From: a plasmid
Sequence record: NZ_CP064874.1
Length of the DNA: 64,000 bases
Reading direction: 5' to 3' (one strand)
Positions 10,125-19,519 of the stretch are shown piece by piece. Every line of letters begins with the position of its first letter. Position 1 is the first letter of the stretch. The notes under the pieces were generated by a model. It was given only the letters and a program-made list of their open reading frames with translations, ran no database searches and was not told the origin of the DNA. The position numbers and the translations under genes are program-made.

Positions 10125-10427
10125 TCAGCCGTTCTTCGCGGCCAGTCGGTCCGTCTCGCTGTCGTTCCGCCACCCGGCGGTCGCGCCGCCGTCGACGCTG
10201 TAGTTCTGTCCGGTCACCCAAGAGGACTCGTCGGAGGCCAGGTAGAGCGGCATGTACGCGATGTCCTCGCCCGTGCCGGGGCGTTGAATGAGCGCGTTGC
10301 CGACCTGCCAGGCCTTGCCCTCCGCATCCACCGCCTTGTCCGTCGCCGGGGTGCTGACGAAGCCAGGCGAGATCGAGTTCGCGCGGACGCCGTAGCGGGC
10401 GCCCTCCGCAGCGAGCGACTTCGTCAT
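10125..10427 (-). pseudogene. second SDR C-terminal fragment
   Basis: 100 aa (..GVRANSISPGFVSTP...) with no N-terminal half. It is convergent with the first SDR fragment. Confidence 0.5.
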
Positions 10428-10435
10428 CGCGATGA

Positions 10436-10714
10436 CGCCGCCCTTCGCGGTGGTGTGCGCGACCTGGCGAGCGGCTCGATCCCGCGACCTTCGCGATCGA
10501 CGGAAAGCAACTCGAGATCGATCTCGAGTTCGAGGCCTGGGCCAAGAGCGCGCGCCGCATCGGCGCAGCCACCCGGCGTCCGGCGAGGACGTCGCGGGGC
10601 GGACGGGCCGATCTCAACACGGTGCGTGAATGGGCCAGTCAGAACGGACACCAGGTCAGCGATCGCGGCAGGGTTCCCGCGTCCATCCTCGAGGCGTACG
10701 ACGCGGCGCACTGA
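10436..10714 (+). pseudogene. lsr2: Lsr2-like nucleoid-associated protein, C-terminal DNA-binding domain fragment (no start codon)
   Basis: The frame opens right after a TGA at 10433 with no ATG/GTG/TTG. It translates ...[23 protein letters not shown]...[32 protein letters not shown], matching the Lsr2 C-terminus (IREWAR.NGH.VS.RGRIPA.VIDAYHAA). Confidence 0.6.
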
Positions 10715-10719
10715 CGCGG

Positions 10720-11778
10720 TCACTCCTGGGCTGAGCCGCGCGCTGCGCGCCAGTGCTCCGTGACGGGATAACCGGAGCGCACGTGCGCGCGCACGTGGAC
10801 CTCCCCCGAAGGGGATCCGCTGCCGCCCGGCTCCGGCGGCGGAGGGTTCTGTGTCCAGCCTGAGCCAGGGACCCAGACCGTCCCCGGTTGCACGGGCGCG
10901 TCGGCGAGCGCGGGATCGATCAGCTGACGCGCGAGAGCCACGGCCTCACCCAGATCGGTGATCCCGCCGGCTGAGGGCGTGCCGGCCGCGAGCACCCGGT
11001 AGGGACCGTCCCAACCGTCCGGGACCGTGAACGTAGTGAACGAGTCGAGCTTTGACAGTGCACGCTTCGCGTCGATGGCCATCTGCAGCTCGCGCAGGTC
11101 GACGCGCTGCGTGCGTGCAATGGTGACGATGTCCACCAGGTCTTTCGCGCGGCTGCTGGGGCGGCCGTTGTAGGTGCTCATCGTCGCAGTGACCTTCTCC
11201 GCGACCTGATCGGAGATCGGGAACAGCCGGTAGGGGTGCGACGGGACCGGCCGCCCCAGCTGCAGCCGCGTCGACGGCTCGATCGTCTCGACGCGGCCGA
11301 CCGGGGGAGGGCCGACGACCACGTCGATGGGGATGTCGGAGATCCTCCGGCCGGTGTTCGCGTCCAGACATGTGAACACCAGGCGCCGGGTCGCGACACC
11401 CGGCTGGTTCTCTCCTCGCCCGGTCGCACGGGCACGGGTGAGCTGGAACCGCACATGGTCGCCGAGATCACGCGCGGCTGCCTGCTCGAGCGCCTGCTGC
11501 GCGGCATCCAGATCGGCGGCGCCGGTCGAGGCCAGATCCAGGTCTTTCGTCGACCGTGACTTCGGCACCCGGGCGAGCATCGCCGTGCCGCCCTTGAGCA
11601 GCCACTCGGACTCTTCCCCCTCCGCAAAGACCCGGCTGAGGAAACGATCGTGCTGTGCCTGCACGATCTGCGCATTCACATCCAGCGCGCTCGCGCCGTC
11701 ACCGGCTGCCTTCGTCGCGGCCGCCTTGATCGCCTGCGCAAGCCCCGTCCAGTCTTTGTAGCCGTCGGGCTCAGGCAT
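10720..11778 (-). CDS. abiEii: AbiEii/AbiGii-family nucleotidyltransferase toxin (type IV TA / abortive infection)
   Basis: Has the LLKGGTAMLARVPKSRSTKDLDL motif. The ATG at 11778 overlaps the stop of the upstream AbiEi gene (ATGCCTGA). Confidence 0.75.
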   Translation of the reverse strand: MPEPDGYKDWTGLAQAIKAAATKAAGDGASALDVNAQIVQAQHDRFLSRVFAEGEESEWLLKGGTAMLARVPKSRSTKDLDLASTGAADLDAAQQALEQAAARDLGDHVRFQLTRARATGRGENQPGVATRRLVFTCLDANTGRRISDIPIDVVVGPPPVGRVETIEPSTRLQLGRPVPSHPYRLFPISDQVAEKVTATMSTYNGRPSSRAKDLVDIVTIARTQRVDLRELQMAIDAKRALSKLDSFTTFTVPDGWDGPYRVLAAGTPSAGGITDLGEAVALARQLIDPALADAPVQPGTVWVPGSGWTQNPPPPEPGGSGSPSGEVHVRAHVRSGYPVTEHWRAARGSAQE

Positions 11779-12430
11779 CGGCCGGCACCACCGCGTCGAC
11801 GCCCGCAAGAGCGAGCAGATCAGCCGCGAGCGCGGCACCCGAGGGGTACTTGTTGGGCTTGGCCAGCGGCTCCAGATACTCGGTCAGGCGGGCGGGGGAG
11901 AGCAGCTTTCCCGCGTCCGCGGCGTCGGCGAGCGCATCGGCGACGAGGGAGCGGTCGACCCACTGCTCGATCAGGTCGGCGATCGTGCGCTCGACGCTCA
12001 TGGTCGGCATCCCGTCGACGGAGACCACCTCGGTGGGCGCGAGCTCGCGGGTGCGGAGCCGCACCCCGTCCAGGCGGGTACCGCGGCGGGTGGGAACGAC
12101 GAACTCGAGTGGCCCGGGGAACCAGTCGCCGATGCCATGCAGCTGCGCGGCCGTCTGGCCTGCGGCGACGACGGGCGGGACGCCGGTGTCTGTGCGGGGA
12201 CGGTCGGCGCCGCCGAGGGCGAGCCAGGTCGCGAGGATCGCCTCCTGCTCGTGCTCTGGCGCGCCGGCGAGGCGGTAGACGCCGCGCGCGACGCGGATGA
12301 GCGCGCCGCTGTTGGCGAGGCGCGTCAGGGTCGGGCGCGCCACGCCAGCCTCGAGCGCCTGGGCGGTGGTCACCAGGCCCCAACGCTGTGACGCGAGCTC
12401 GCCCAGACGAGCGAAAGTTGATCCTGCCAT
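11771..12430 (-). CDS. abiEi: AbiEi antitoxin / transcriptional regulator (COG5340)
   Basis: N-terminal wHTH FARLGELASQRWGLVTTAQA...GALIRVARGVYRL. Probable start MAGSTF at 12430. Confidence 0.7.
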   Translation of the reverse strand: MAGSTFARLGELASQRWGLVTTAQALEAGVARPTLTRLANSGALIRVARGVYRLAGAPEHEQEAILATWLALGGADRPRTDTGVPPVVAAGQTAAQLHGIGDWFPGPLEFVVPTRRGTRLDGVRLRTRELAPTEVVSVDGMPTMSVERTIADLIEQWVDRSLVADALADAADAGKLLSPARLTEYLEPLAKPNKYPSGAALAADLLALAGVDAVVPADA

Positions 12431-12542
12431 GCGCACAGTGTAGCGAGAAACCGCAACAAACGTTGTAGCTCGTTCAGATTGTCGACTTCGAGCCTCTGGG
12501 GCCACCCCTTAGCAGTGAGGGGGTTCCAAACCCTCGGGAACG

Positions 12543-12564
12543 GGTTATATTCGGGAATATAACC
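12543..12564. promoter_or_regulatory. perfect palindrome GGTTATATTC-GG-GAATATAACC in the divergent promoter region between abiEi and the 12583 gene; candidate operator
   Basis: 10-bp arms and a 2-bp spacer inside a low-GC intergenic region. The half-site recurs at 15799-15808 and 16190-16198. Confidence 0.55.
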
Positions 12565-12582
12565 ATCTGTGAGGAGGAGAAG

Positions 12583-13467
12583 ATGCGGACCCACACCTGC
12601 CCGCCGGACCACAAGCACGGGCTGACCTCCACCTGCTACGTCGTCCACCTCTGCGGGTGCCGCGCCTGCATGGACGGCAACGCGCGCCGCCGCCGCGACC
12701 GCTACCGTCTCCTGGCCTACGGGCGATACCAGGACGCGCACCAACCCATCGAGCCGATCCGGCAGCACCTGCAGGCACTGGTCGACACCGGGATGATCCC
12801 CGAACGGATCGCCATCAGCGCCGGCGTCGGCGGCGCCACGGTCCGTCGCCTGCTCAACAGCGAGACGGCACGGTTCGTCACCGGCGCCACCGCCCGCAAA
12901 CTCCTCGCAGTCACCCCCGACAGCAGCACTCTCGCCGCGCAGGGCCGAGTCAACGGCCGCGGCACCCGCCGGCGCCTCCAGGCTCTGGCCGCGATCGGAT
13001 GGAACCACCACGAGATCGCACGCCGACTCGGCTACCCGCGCTGGAAGGTCAACAAGGCACTCGAAGGCGCCTACGTGGACATCCGTGTCCACGACGACAT
13101 CGCCGCGCTCTACGACGAGCTCTGGGACCAGCAGCCCCCCACCCACACCCGAGCGCAGCGGGTCGGCCGCTCCTACGCACTCACGGTCGCACGCCGGCAC
13201 GGCTGGCTGCCGCCGCTGGCCTGGGACGACATCGACACCGACCCGGCACCGCCCACAGCCGGGCAGGAACCCCTGCTCGACGAGATCGCGATCGAGCTCG
13301 CTCTCGCCGGCCAGAACGTCCGCCTCACCCGAGACGAGCGCCTCGAAGCCACCCGACGCGGGACCGAACGCGGACTCAGCCTCACCCAGCTCAGCGACCT
13401 GCTCGGCGTCGACGTCCGCACCATCGACCGCGACCGTGACGACCTCGGACTCCGGCAGGCCGCCTGA
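12583..13467 (+). CDS. putative DNA-binding protein with N-terminal Cys motif (HG...C..GCRAC) and two HTH-like segments
   Basis: 294 aa. MRTHTCPPDHKHGLTSTCYVVHLCGCRAC is followed by HTH-like IGWNHHEIARRLG and GLSLTQLSDLLGVDVRTIDR. RBS GAGGAGGAG. Confidence 0.55.
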   Translation: MRTHTCPPDHKHGLTSTCYVVHLCGCRACMDGNARRRRDRYRLLAYGRYQDAHQPIEPIRQHLQALVDTGMIPERIAISAGVGGATVRRLLNSETARFVTGATARKLLAVTPDSSTLAAQGRVNGRGTRRRLQALAAIGWNHHEIARRLGYPRWKVNKALEGAYVDIRVHDDIAALYDELWDQQPPTHTRAQRVGRSYALTVARRHGWLPPLAWDDIDTDPAPPTAGQEPLLDEIAIELALAGQNVRLTRDERLEATRRGTERGLSLTQLSDLLGVDVRTIDRDRDDLGLRQAA

Positions 13468-13718
13468 TGAGCAAGACGCTCGACATCCTCGAAGCCGCCC
13501 TGCACGGCACCACCGCCGGCTACCTGGCCGGATGCCGCAGCAAGGGAGGATGCCCGAACCACGGCAACCGCCAGCTGCTCACCTGCACCGAAGCGGCCCG
13601 CGCCCGCCGCCACTACTTCTCGCTCGCCTCGCTCGAGGAGACCGAGCCGATCACCCGGCAGATGCTCCGCGACGCCAAGAACAGCCCCTTCGCACCGAAA
13701 GAAGCCGCAGATGTCTGA
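13467..13718 (+). CDS. hypothetical small protein (83 aa)
   Basis: ATGA-coupled to the upstream gene; Cys-containing. Confidence 0.4.
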   Translation: MSKTLDILEAALHGTTAGYLAGCRSKGGCPNHGNRQLLTCTEAARARRHYFSLASLEETEPITRQMLRDAKNSPFAPKEAADV

Positions 13719-14013
13719 CCAGCCGAACACCTTCACCATCGACTCCACCAAAGAGGGAGAGTGGCTGCGGGTCGTCCGCGCGCTCGGCGGCCATCGCTGG
13801 GCCCTGTCGCTGCGCTTCAACCCCCTCCCGCTGACTCAGCGAGGCGCCCGGCACACCCGGCCAACGCGGCAGCCCACACCCCACGCGGCAGCAGGCCACG
13901 GGCCGAACGCGAGACTGCACCTGCCCAGCTGCGCGATCTCCCCCCAGCTCGGCAACGGCCGCGGCGCCCACCTCAAGCAGATCCCCCACCTGGGCCGAAC
14001 CGAGGAGCACTGA
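13711..14013 (+). CDS. hypothetical protein (100 aa)
   Basis: Start overlaps the previous stop; lies in a same-strand operon. Confidence 0.4.
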   Translation: MSDQPNTFTIDSTKEGEWLRVVRALGGHRWALSLRFNPLPLTQRGARHTRPTRQPTPHAAAGHGPNARLHLPSCAISPQLGNGRGAHLKQIPHLGRTEEH

Positions 14014-14489
14014 TGACCGACATCGCCGTGCGCCTCCAGGAAGCCATGACCATCCAGACCGGCACACCCGTCACCGTCCGATGGAGCTTCCGCGAGTTCG
14101 CGCTCAACTGCACCCGCCGCGACGGCCGCCCCCTCACCCAACGGATGCACAGGCTCTTCCAGACGCTGCTCAACCGTGAAGCGCTCCGCGAGCTCACTCC
14201 AGGAGAAGACCCAACGATGGGATCCCGCGCAACCCTCATCGAGATCATCGACGACCTCGCCGTCAGCGCCGACCACCAAGGCGCCCGCGCGGCCGCGCTC
14301 GCCGAGGTCCTCCTCAGTGCCGGCATGTTCCACCTCGGCGACCAGCTCCGCCGCCAGAGCCACGCACTCTCAGAGCTCGACGCCGACGACGAAACCCTCG
14401 AGGTCATCGACGAGGCACGCACCCAGATCGCCCGAACCATACTGCTGCTCGACCAAGCCGACACCGCACAGGCAAAGGAGCGCAGATGA
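14013..14489 (+). CDS. hypothetical protein (~158 aa)
   Basis: Internal ATG of ORF 13761..14489; begins MTDIAVRLQEAM and overlaps the upstream stop. Confidence 0.45.
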   Translation: MTDIAVRLQEAMTIQTGTPVTVRWSFREFALNCTRRDGRPLTQRMHRLFQTLLNREALRELTPGEDPTMGSRATLIEIIDDLAVSADHQGARAAALAEVLLSAGMFHLGDQLRRQSHALSELDADDETLEVIDEARTQIARTILLLDQADTAQAKERR

Positions 14490-15238
14490 ACCGACGCACC
14501 CGCCGCGCCAGCACAGCCCTCGCCGCGGTCGCAGCTCTCGCGCTCGGCTTCGGCGCCCACCAGCTGGGCATCACCTCCTGGATCGACACATGGACGCGCC
14601 CGCAGGCACCCGCCCCGGACCCGACCTACGACTACACCGCGCTCGCCGCAGTCGCGCAGGAGCTGCCGCTGATCGATCCCACCGAGGAGATTCCCGAGTA
14701 TCGCCGCGCCACGTTCGGCGAGCGCTGGATCGACATCGAGGGAAACGGCTGCGATCAGCGAGACGATCTCCTCGCCGTCCAGCTGCAGGACGTCGTCCGT
14801 GACGGTTGCACGGTGCTCTCCGGCGTGCTCGACCCCGATCCGTACACGGGCACACGCATTGAGTTCGAGCACGACCGGATCGCCGCCCCTGGAGCCCCGG
14901 GAAGCTCCGGCGTCCAGATCGACCACATCGTCAGCCTTTCGGCGGCGCACGCCGGGGGCGCGTGGGCGTGGACCGAGCAGCAGCGCATTCAGTTCGCCAA
15001 CTCGTTCGACAACATCGTCGCCGTCGATGGCAACACGAATGCGGCCAAGAACGACCACGGGCCAGCCCTGTGGCTGCCATCGAACGCCGACTACGTGTGC
15101 ACCTACGTCGCCCGCTACACGGAGATCGTCGACACCTGGCACCTCGCGGTCGACGAAGCCGACCGCGGTGCGCTCGTGGACACGCTCTCAACCTGCGCTG
15201 CCCAGCAAGCCAGCGACGAGAGCGGGAGCATGTCGTGA
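14486..15238 (+). CDS. secreted DUF1524 (GmrSD C-terminal-type HNH) nuclease
   Basis: N-terminal signal peptide (RRTRRASTALAAVAALALG), then GNGCDQRDD...VQIDHIVSLSAAHAGGAW...NIVAVDGNTNAAKND. Confidence 0.65.
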   Translation: MNRRTRRASTALAAVAALALGFGAHQLGITSWIDTWTRPQAPAPDPTYDYTALAAVAQELPLIDPTEEIPEYRRATFGERWIDIEGNGCDQRDDLLAVQLQDVVRDGCTVLSGVLDPDPYTGTRIEFEHDRIAAPGAPGSSGVQIDHIVSLSAAHAGGAWAWTEQQRIQFANSFDNIVAVDGNTNAAKNDHGPALWLPSNADYVCTYVARYTEIVDTWHLAVDEADRGALVDTLSTCAAQQASDESGSMS

Positions 15239-15243
15239 AGCCG

Positions 15244-15777
15244 CTACGAACCCGCGTGGGATCTCGCCGCGCGCGCCTGACGCTTGGCCGCGCGAGCGCG
15301 GTCTACGACCTCGTTCGCATCCGTCGTGTCGACACCGAGGGTGCGCCTGATCACCTCGAGCTCGGCGTCGGTCCAGCGGGTGCGCCCTCGCATCCGCTCA
15401 CCGAACGTGACGACGTTCAAGCCGAGCAGGTCGATCAGAGCCGCCTGCGTGGGAACCTCGGGCGCCCCCGCCCCGTCCGCGATCGCCGCCCGCAACCGCT
15501 CCGCGAAAGCCGCATCGCGCGCCAGTCCCGGCATCAGTCGCGGCCGGCGGCCGCGCTGCGAGGGCGCCCTGCGCGCGCGCTCCTGCGCGAATGCGTCGAT
15601 CGCGGCCTCGTCGTAGAGCGGGGAGTTGCCTTCTATGGCAACCGGCTCGGGGAGCAGAGGACCCTCCTGGCCGGCTCTGCGCAGCTTGTTGCTGATGGAG
15701 CGCATCTTGTAGACCGCGACGACGGACACGCCGAGCTTCTCGGCGACGTCCGCCGTGGTGAGGTGCCGTCCGGTCAT
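15244..15777 (-). CDS. excisionase/MerR-type HTH DNA-binding protein (~177 aa)
   Basis: Probable start MTGRHLTTADVAEKLGVSVVAVYKMRS. The rest of the 307-aa ORF is upstream read-through. Confidence 0.5.
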   Translation of the reverse strand: MTGRHLTTADVAEKLGVSVVAVYKMRSISNKLRRAGQEGPLLPEPVAIEGNSPLYDEAAIDAFAQERARRAPSQRGRRPRLMPGLARDAAFAERLRAAIADGAGAPEVPTQAALIDLLGLNVVTFGERMRGRTRWTDAELEVIRRTLGVDTTDANEVVDRARAAKRQARAARSHAGS

Positions 15778-15798
15778 CAGCGCTCCTCTCAGCTGGAT

Positions 15799-15808
15799 GA
15801 ATATAACC
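15799..15808. promoter_or_regulatory. GAATATAACC half-site (partial inverted repeat GAATATAACC-N8-GGTTA) in the divergent intergenic region
   Basis: Same 10-mer as the 12543-12564 palindrome arm. Confidence 0.4.
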
Positions 15809-15871
15809 ACTTTCGCGGTTACGGCGCGCCGCGGCAACCAGACCCAACTTGGTTGGGGATGCTGGGGCGCA

Positions 15872-16107
15872 TGGCTAACAAGGACGCGGACGCCATCCGT
15901 GAGGAGCTCCGTCGCATCGGCCAGCAGCTCGCGCAAGCGGACGAGCTGCGCGAACGCCGCGGCAAAGTCGTCGACGAGGCGCGCGCGGCCGAGCTGACCC
16001 AGCGAGAGATCGCCCTCCTGCTGGGGATGACCGAGGAAGGGCTGCGGAAGGCGCAGAAGTCCTACCACGGACGCGGGCGCTCTTACGGCGGCCGCCTCGC
16101 GTCCTAG
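15872..16107 (+). CDS. small HTH-like protein (78 aa)
   Basis: MANKDADAIREELRRIGQQL...LTQREIALLLGMTEEGLRKAQ. Divergent from the 15244-15777 gene. Confidence 0.45.
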
Positions 16108-16189
16108 CGACCCCGCCAGACCTTCATGGAGCGCCCGTCGACTGCGAAATCTGATTGCAATTTTCAAGCACTCTTGACTAATATAACCT

Positions 16190-16198
16190 GACGAATGA
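16190..16198. promoter_or_regulatory. AATATAACC motif directly downstream of TTGACT, 10 bp before the 16208 start
   Basis: cttgactaatataacctgacgaatgagggggtgagATG. Confidence 0.4.
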
Positions 16199-16207
16199 GG
16201 GGGTGAG

Positions 16208-17836
16208 ATGGACGAGCTGAACTACCGACCCAAGCCGTGGACGCCGAAGGACGTGCCCACGATCTGGGTCGACCAGACCACCGGGCAAGGCGTCACCGAC
16301 GCCGGCACGCCCGTTCGCCCCGTCATCGGCGAGCGCCGCAAGAACCCCAACCTGACGGACCTGCTCGACACGGCTGCCTCGTACGGCGCTAACCGCATCA
16401 TGCTGACCGGGAAGCGCCCCGAGCCTGCGCCTGGCGTGCGGCACTGGCTGTACGTCCAGACCCCGAACTGGAAGCCCGGAGCCCACTGGGTCAACAACGG
16501 CCCGCCCACCGGTCGGTTCGAGCACGCGGTCACCGGCTTCAAGATCGAAGTCCGCACCGCGGAGGAGTGGTTCGGCGACGGGCCGCTGACCCCTGCCCAG
16601 GCTCGTCTGGCCTGGAACGTCACCGCGTCGATCATTCGCCACGCCGACGAGAACGCGCGCCTGTTCAACAGCCCTGCCGCCACCGGAACGAACCTGTGGG
16701 CGCTGTCGCTGCCGAAGAACATCAACCCCGTGCCGGTCGAAGACGACATCGCCCAGGAGATCCACTTCACCTCGGGCCTGCACCACTACGACCACCTGGT
16801 CGCGGGGGAGTCGTTCGCCAAGCACGAGGACTGCGTCCCGCTGATCGACCCGGCCAAGACGAAGAAGATCAGCGAGTTCGCCTACGTCGACGGCCGGTTC
16901 ATGTTCGCCGGCGTCGGGCGCGAGCTCGGTATCGGCCCCGCGATCCGGCTGAACCAGGCCGCCGCGTACGAGCTGCTCGAGCAAGACCCCTACGCGCGCG
17001 CCCGCTTCCACGTGCGGTTCCGCGTCCCTCAGGGCTGGAACCACGTTGGCCTGCTCGGTGTGAAGCACCTGGACGTTCGCGAAGGCTGGTTCTATCCGAA
17101 CCGGCCCGGAGCGGTGCACGACACCTGGGCCGACGGCAGCGAGATCCACGTCGCCCTCAAGCACGGGTGGGAGATCCGCCCTCACGAGGCCGTGGTGTTC
17201 CGCAAGGCCAAGCCTCTAGACACCTTCACCGAGCGCATGACGCGCGCCCGCGAGCGAGTCCAGCTGCAGGACGAGATGCACCCGGACCTGCGCCGCGCTG
17301 TGCTCGCCGCGCTGCGGAACATCATGCTGCACTCGATCGGTGCATTCGCCGCCGCGGGCCGCGACGAGACCCGCGTCGCCGCGTCGCCCGATGACGTCCC
17401 GCCCGAGTACAGGGCCAAGATGCTGCGACAGGGCAACCTCTGGATCTATCGCATCCCGTCGCGCCCGAACGACCGCACCCGAAGCTTCTACCACCCGGAG
17501 CTCGCCGCCCAGGTCTGGGGTCGCGCACGCGCTCGCGTCCTCCACGGCCCCAGCTCCCTCGGCGGCTACACCTCCGGTGCTCTCACGGTCGACCCCTCGA
17601 CGCTCATCGGCATCCAGGGTGATGCGATCTACACGACCAAGCTGCCGGCGTGGTCCCTGCCGGACCGGTTCATCGGCGGCGGCGACGACGGCAAGACCGG
17701 GCGCCTGCGCCTGCAGGGCTACCTCAACGGATCCTTCATCACGCCGGAGACGCTGCGGCAGCGTGACGCGCTGAAAGCACGTGCCGAGCGGGCCGGCATC
17801 GCCAAGGCGCTCGAGCAGGCAGAGGAGAAGGGCTGA
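16208..17836 (+). CDS. 542-aa protein of unknown function (possible replication/transfer initiator of the element)
   Basis: Large intact ORF with a good RBS (GAGGGGG). No motif I can name with confidence; placed by context next to Xis-like/HTH genes. Confidence 0.5.
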   Translation: MDELNYRPKPWTPKDVPTIWVDQTTGQGVTDAGTPVRPVIGERRKNPNLTDLLDTAASYGANRIMLTGKRPEPAPGVRHWLYVQTPNWKPGAHWVNNGPPTGRFEHAVTGFKIEVRTAEEWFGDGPLTPAQARLAWNVTASIIRHADENARLFNSPAATGTNLWALSLPKNINPVPVEDDIAQEIHFTSGLHHYDHLVAGESFAKHEDCVPLIDPAKTKKISEFAYVDGRFMFAGVGRELGIGPAIRLNQAAAYELLEQDPYARARFHVRFRVPQGWNHVGLLGVKHLDVREGWFYPNRPGAVHDTWADGSEIHVALKHGWEIRPHEAVVFRKAKPLDTFTERMTRARERVQLQDEMHPDLRRAVLAALRNIMLHSIGAFAAAGRDETRVAASPDDVPPEYRAKMLRQGNLWIYRIPSRPNDRTRSFYHPELAAQVWGRARARVLHGPSSLGGYTSGALTVDPSTLIGIQGDAIYTTKLPAWSLPDRFIGGGDDGKTGRLRLQGYLNGSFITPETLRQRDALKARAERAGIAKALEQAEEKG

Positions 17837-18660
17837 TGGCTGACCAGCAGCGCACCGCCCAAGACCTCATCCGCGATCTGCGGCGCAAGGGCATCAGCAC
17901 GGCCGAGATCGCCGAGGAGCTGCACCGCTCGCCTCGAATGGTCCGCAAGATCCTCAACGGCGAAACCAGCGGCGCCCTCTACCGCCAGGCGCTCCAGGAG
18001 CTCGCTGACACCGGACGCCTCACCCACGTCCCGCCGCGGCGCCGGCGCAAGGACGGCTCGATCGCCCCCGTGCGAGGCAAGGCCGGCGCCAAGCCCGTCA
18101 TCCCCGAAGACCTCAGCGGCACCTACGTTGAGGGTCGCCAGGGTGGTCGGCTGCGCGTCGACGTGGCATACGCCACCGGGGGCGACCGGTACATCGAGAT
18201 GCGCATCCCCAAGGGCCGCACCGCGAAGGGCCGCGAGCAGGCGAACGCCGAACTGATCAAGCAGGTCCGCAACGCCGCCAAGGGCCAGTCCCACGACAAG
18301 CAGAAGCAGATCACCGCCCACCTGACCTTCTCCAACGGCCGCGTGATGGAGGTCAACTCGTACAACGCCTCGACGATGCTCAAGCGCATCCACGAGAACG
18401 GCGGCGACGCCCTCGGCTGGTTCCGCGAAGAGTCGAAGAACCGATACGTGAACCTCGACACCAGCCGCGACACCATCACCGGCGTCACCCTCAACGTCGT
18501 CAGCACGGCCAAGACGACCGAGTACCAGAGGCAGGCCGAGCGCGGCCGCACTCGCCGCCCCCGCTCGCTGTCGCCGGCGGAGCTCATCAGCATGGAAGAG
18601 AAGCGGCGCATCGAGGAGCGCCGCGCTCGCCGCCGTGGAAACCGAGGAGGTGGTCAGTGA
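17836..18660 (+). CDS. protein with N-terminal HTH (274 aa)
   Basis: RRKGISTAEIAEELHRSPRMVRKIL at the N-terminus; basic C-terminal tail. Confidence 0.5.
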   Translation: MADQQRTAQDLIRDLRRKGISTAEIAEELHRSPRMVRKILNGETSGALYRQALQELADTGRLTHVPPRRRRKDGSIAPVRGKAGAKPVIPEDLSGTYVEGRQGGRLRVDVAYATGGDRYIEMRIPKGRTAKGREQANAELIKQVRNAAKGQSHDKQKQITAHLTFSNGRVMEVNSYNASTMLKRIHENGGDALGWFREESKNRYVNLDTSRDTITGVTLNVVSTAKTTEYQRQAERGRTRRPRSLSPAELISMEEKRRIEERRARRRGNRGGGQ

Positions 18661-19058
18661 CCATGGCCGCCCCGAAGAAGCCCACAGCTGCAGCGAAGCC
18701 CCGCGCACGCAAGGCCGCGCCCCCCGCTGAGGAAGTCACCAGCGACGTCGACCAGGCAGCGACGTCCGAAGCACCCGCACGCGCACCTCGCGCAAGCCAG
18801 AAGCCGGCAGCGGCGAGCGCGACGCCTCCTGAGTCGGCCGAGGCGGAGACGCCACCGCCGGCGAAGAAGAAGCGGGGGCCCTACAACGTCGTCTACGTCC
18901 AGAAGAAGCCCGTCTCGATCCGTCTCCCCGACGACGCGCTTGAACTGATGGACTGGGCCAAGCAGGATGCAGCCAGCCGCGGCGACCGCCTCACCAAGGA
19001 CGAGATCGTCACCGTTGCGCTTCGCGCCTACTGGGGCCGCAAACGGCGCCGCGGGTAA
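18657..19058 (+). CDS. small basic RHH-like (CopG/ParG-like) protein with Lys/Ala/Pro-rich N-terminal tail
   Basis: C-terminus KKKRGPYNVVYVQKKPVSIRLPDDALELMDWAKQDAASRGDRLTKDEIVTVALRAYWGRKRRRG is paralogous to 20860..21084. Confidence 0.55.
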   Translation: MTMAAPKKPTAAAKPRARKAAPPAEEVTSDVDQAATSEAPARAPRASQKPAAASATPPESAEAETPPPAKKKRGPYNVVYVQKKPVSIRLPDDALELMDWAKQDAASRGDRLTKDEIVTVALRAYWGRKRRRG

Positions 19059-19093
19059 TGACCGTCTCCTGAGCTGCTGGCAGGGAAGTCGAG

Positions 19094-19519
19094 ATGAGTG
19101 AAACTAACGGGCCGGCCGAGTTGCCGGTCTACTCGATCGCCGAGGCATTCGTGAAGCGATCCGGAATGTATATCGGGCAGCCCGTCACGTTCGAGCGAGT
19201 GCACACGTTCCTGCTCGGTTTCGAAACGGCGATGTTGTACGTTCGCGACGAGCTCGCGCGCGATCGCAATGCGTTTCAGCCCGTGGGCGTGCTCGGTCAG
19301 TTCCGGGAGCAGCTGCGATCCGAGGGGCGGCTCAGGTGGGACTCCTGGTCCCTGACGATCGTGGCGGAAGCGATCGGCTGGACTGGCGACGAGCCTCCGG
19401 CGATCGACGATCTGACCGAAGAGCAGCACCTCGAGGCAGTCCGGGACCTTCTCCCGTTGCTCGAGAAGGTCTTTGCCCTCCCCGCGGAGCTTGTCACCTC
19501 GCTCCGTGACTCCGCCTGA
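19094..19519 (+). CDS. hypothetical protein (141 aa)
   Basis: Intact ORF after the RHH gene. Confidence 0.4.
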   Translation: MSETNGPAELPVYSIAEAFVKRSGMYIGQPVTFERVHTFLLGFETAMLYVRDELARDRNAFQPVGVLGQFREQLRSEGRLRWDSWSLTIVAEAIGWTGDEPPAIDDLTEEQHLEAVRDLLPLLEKVFALPAELVTSLRDSA

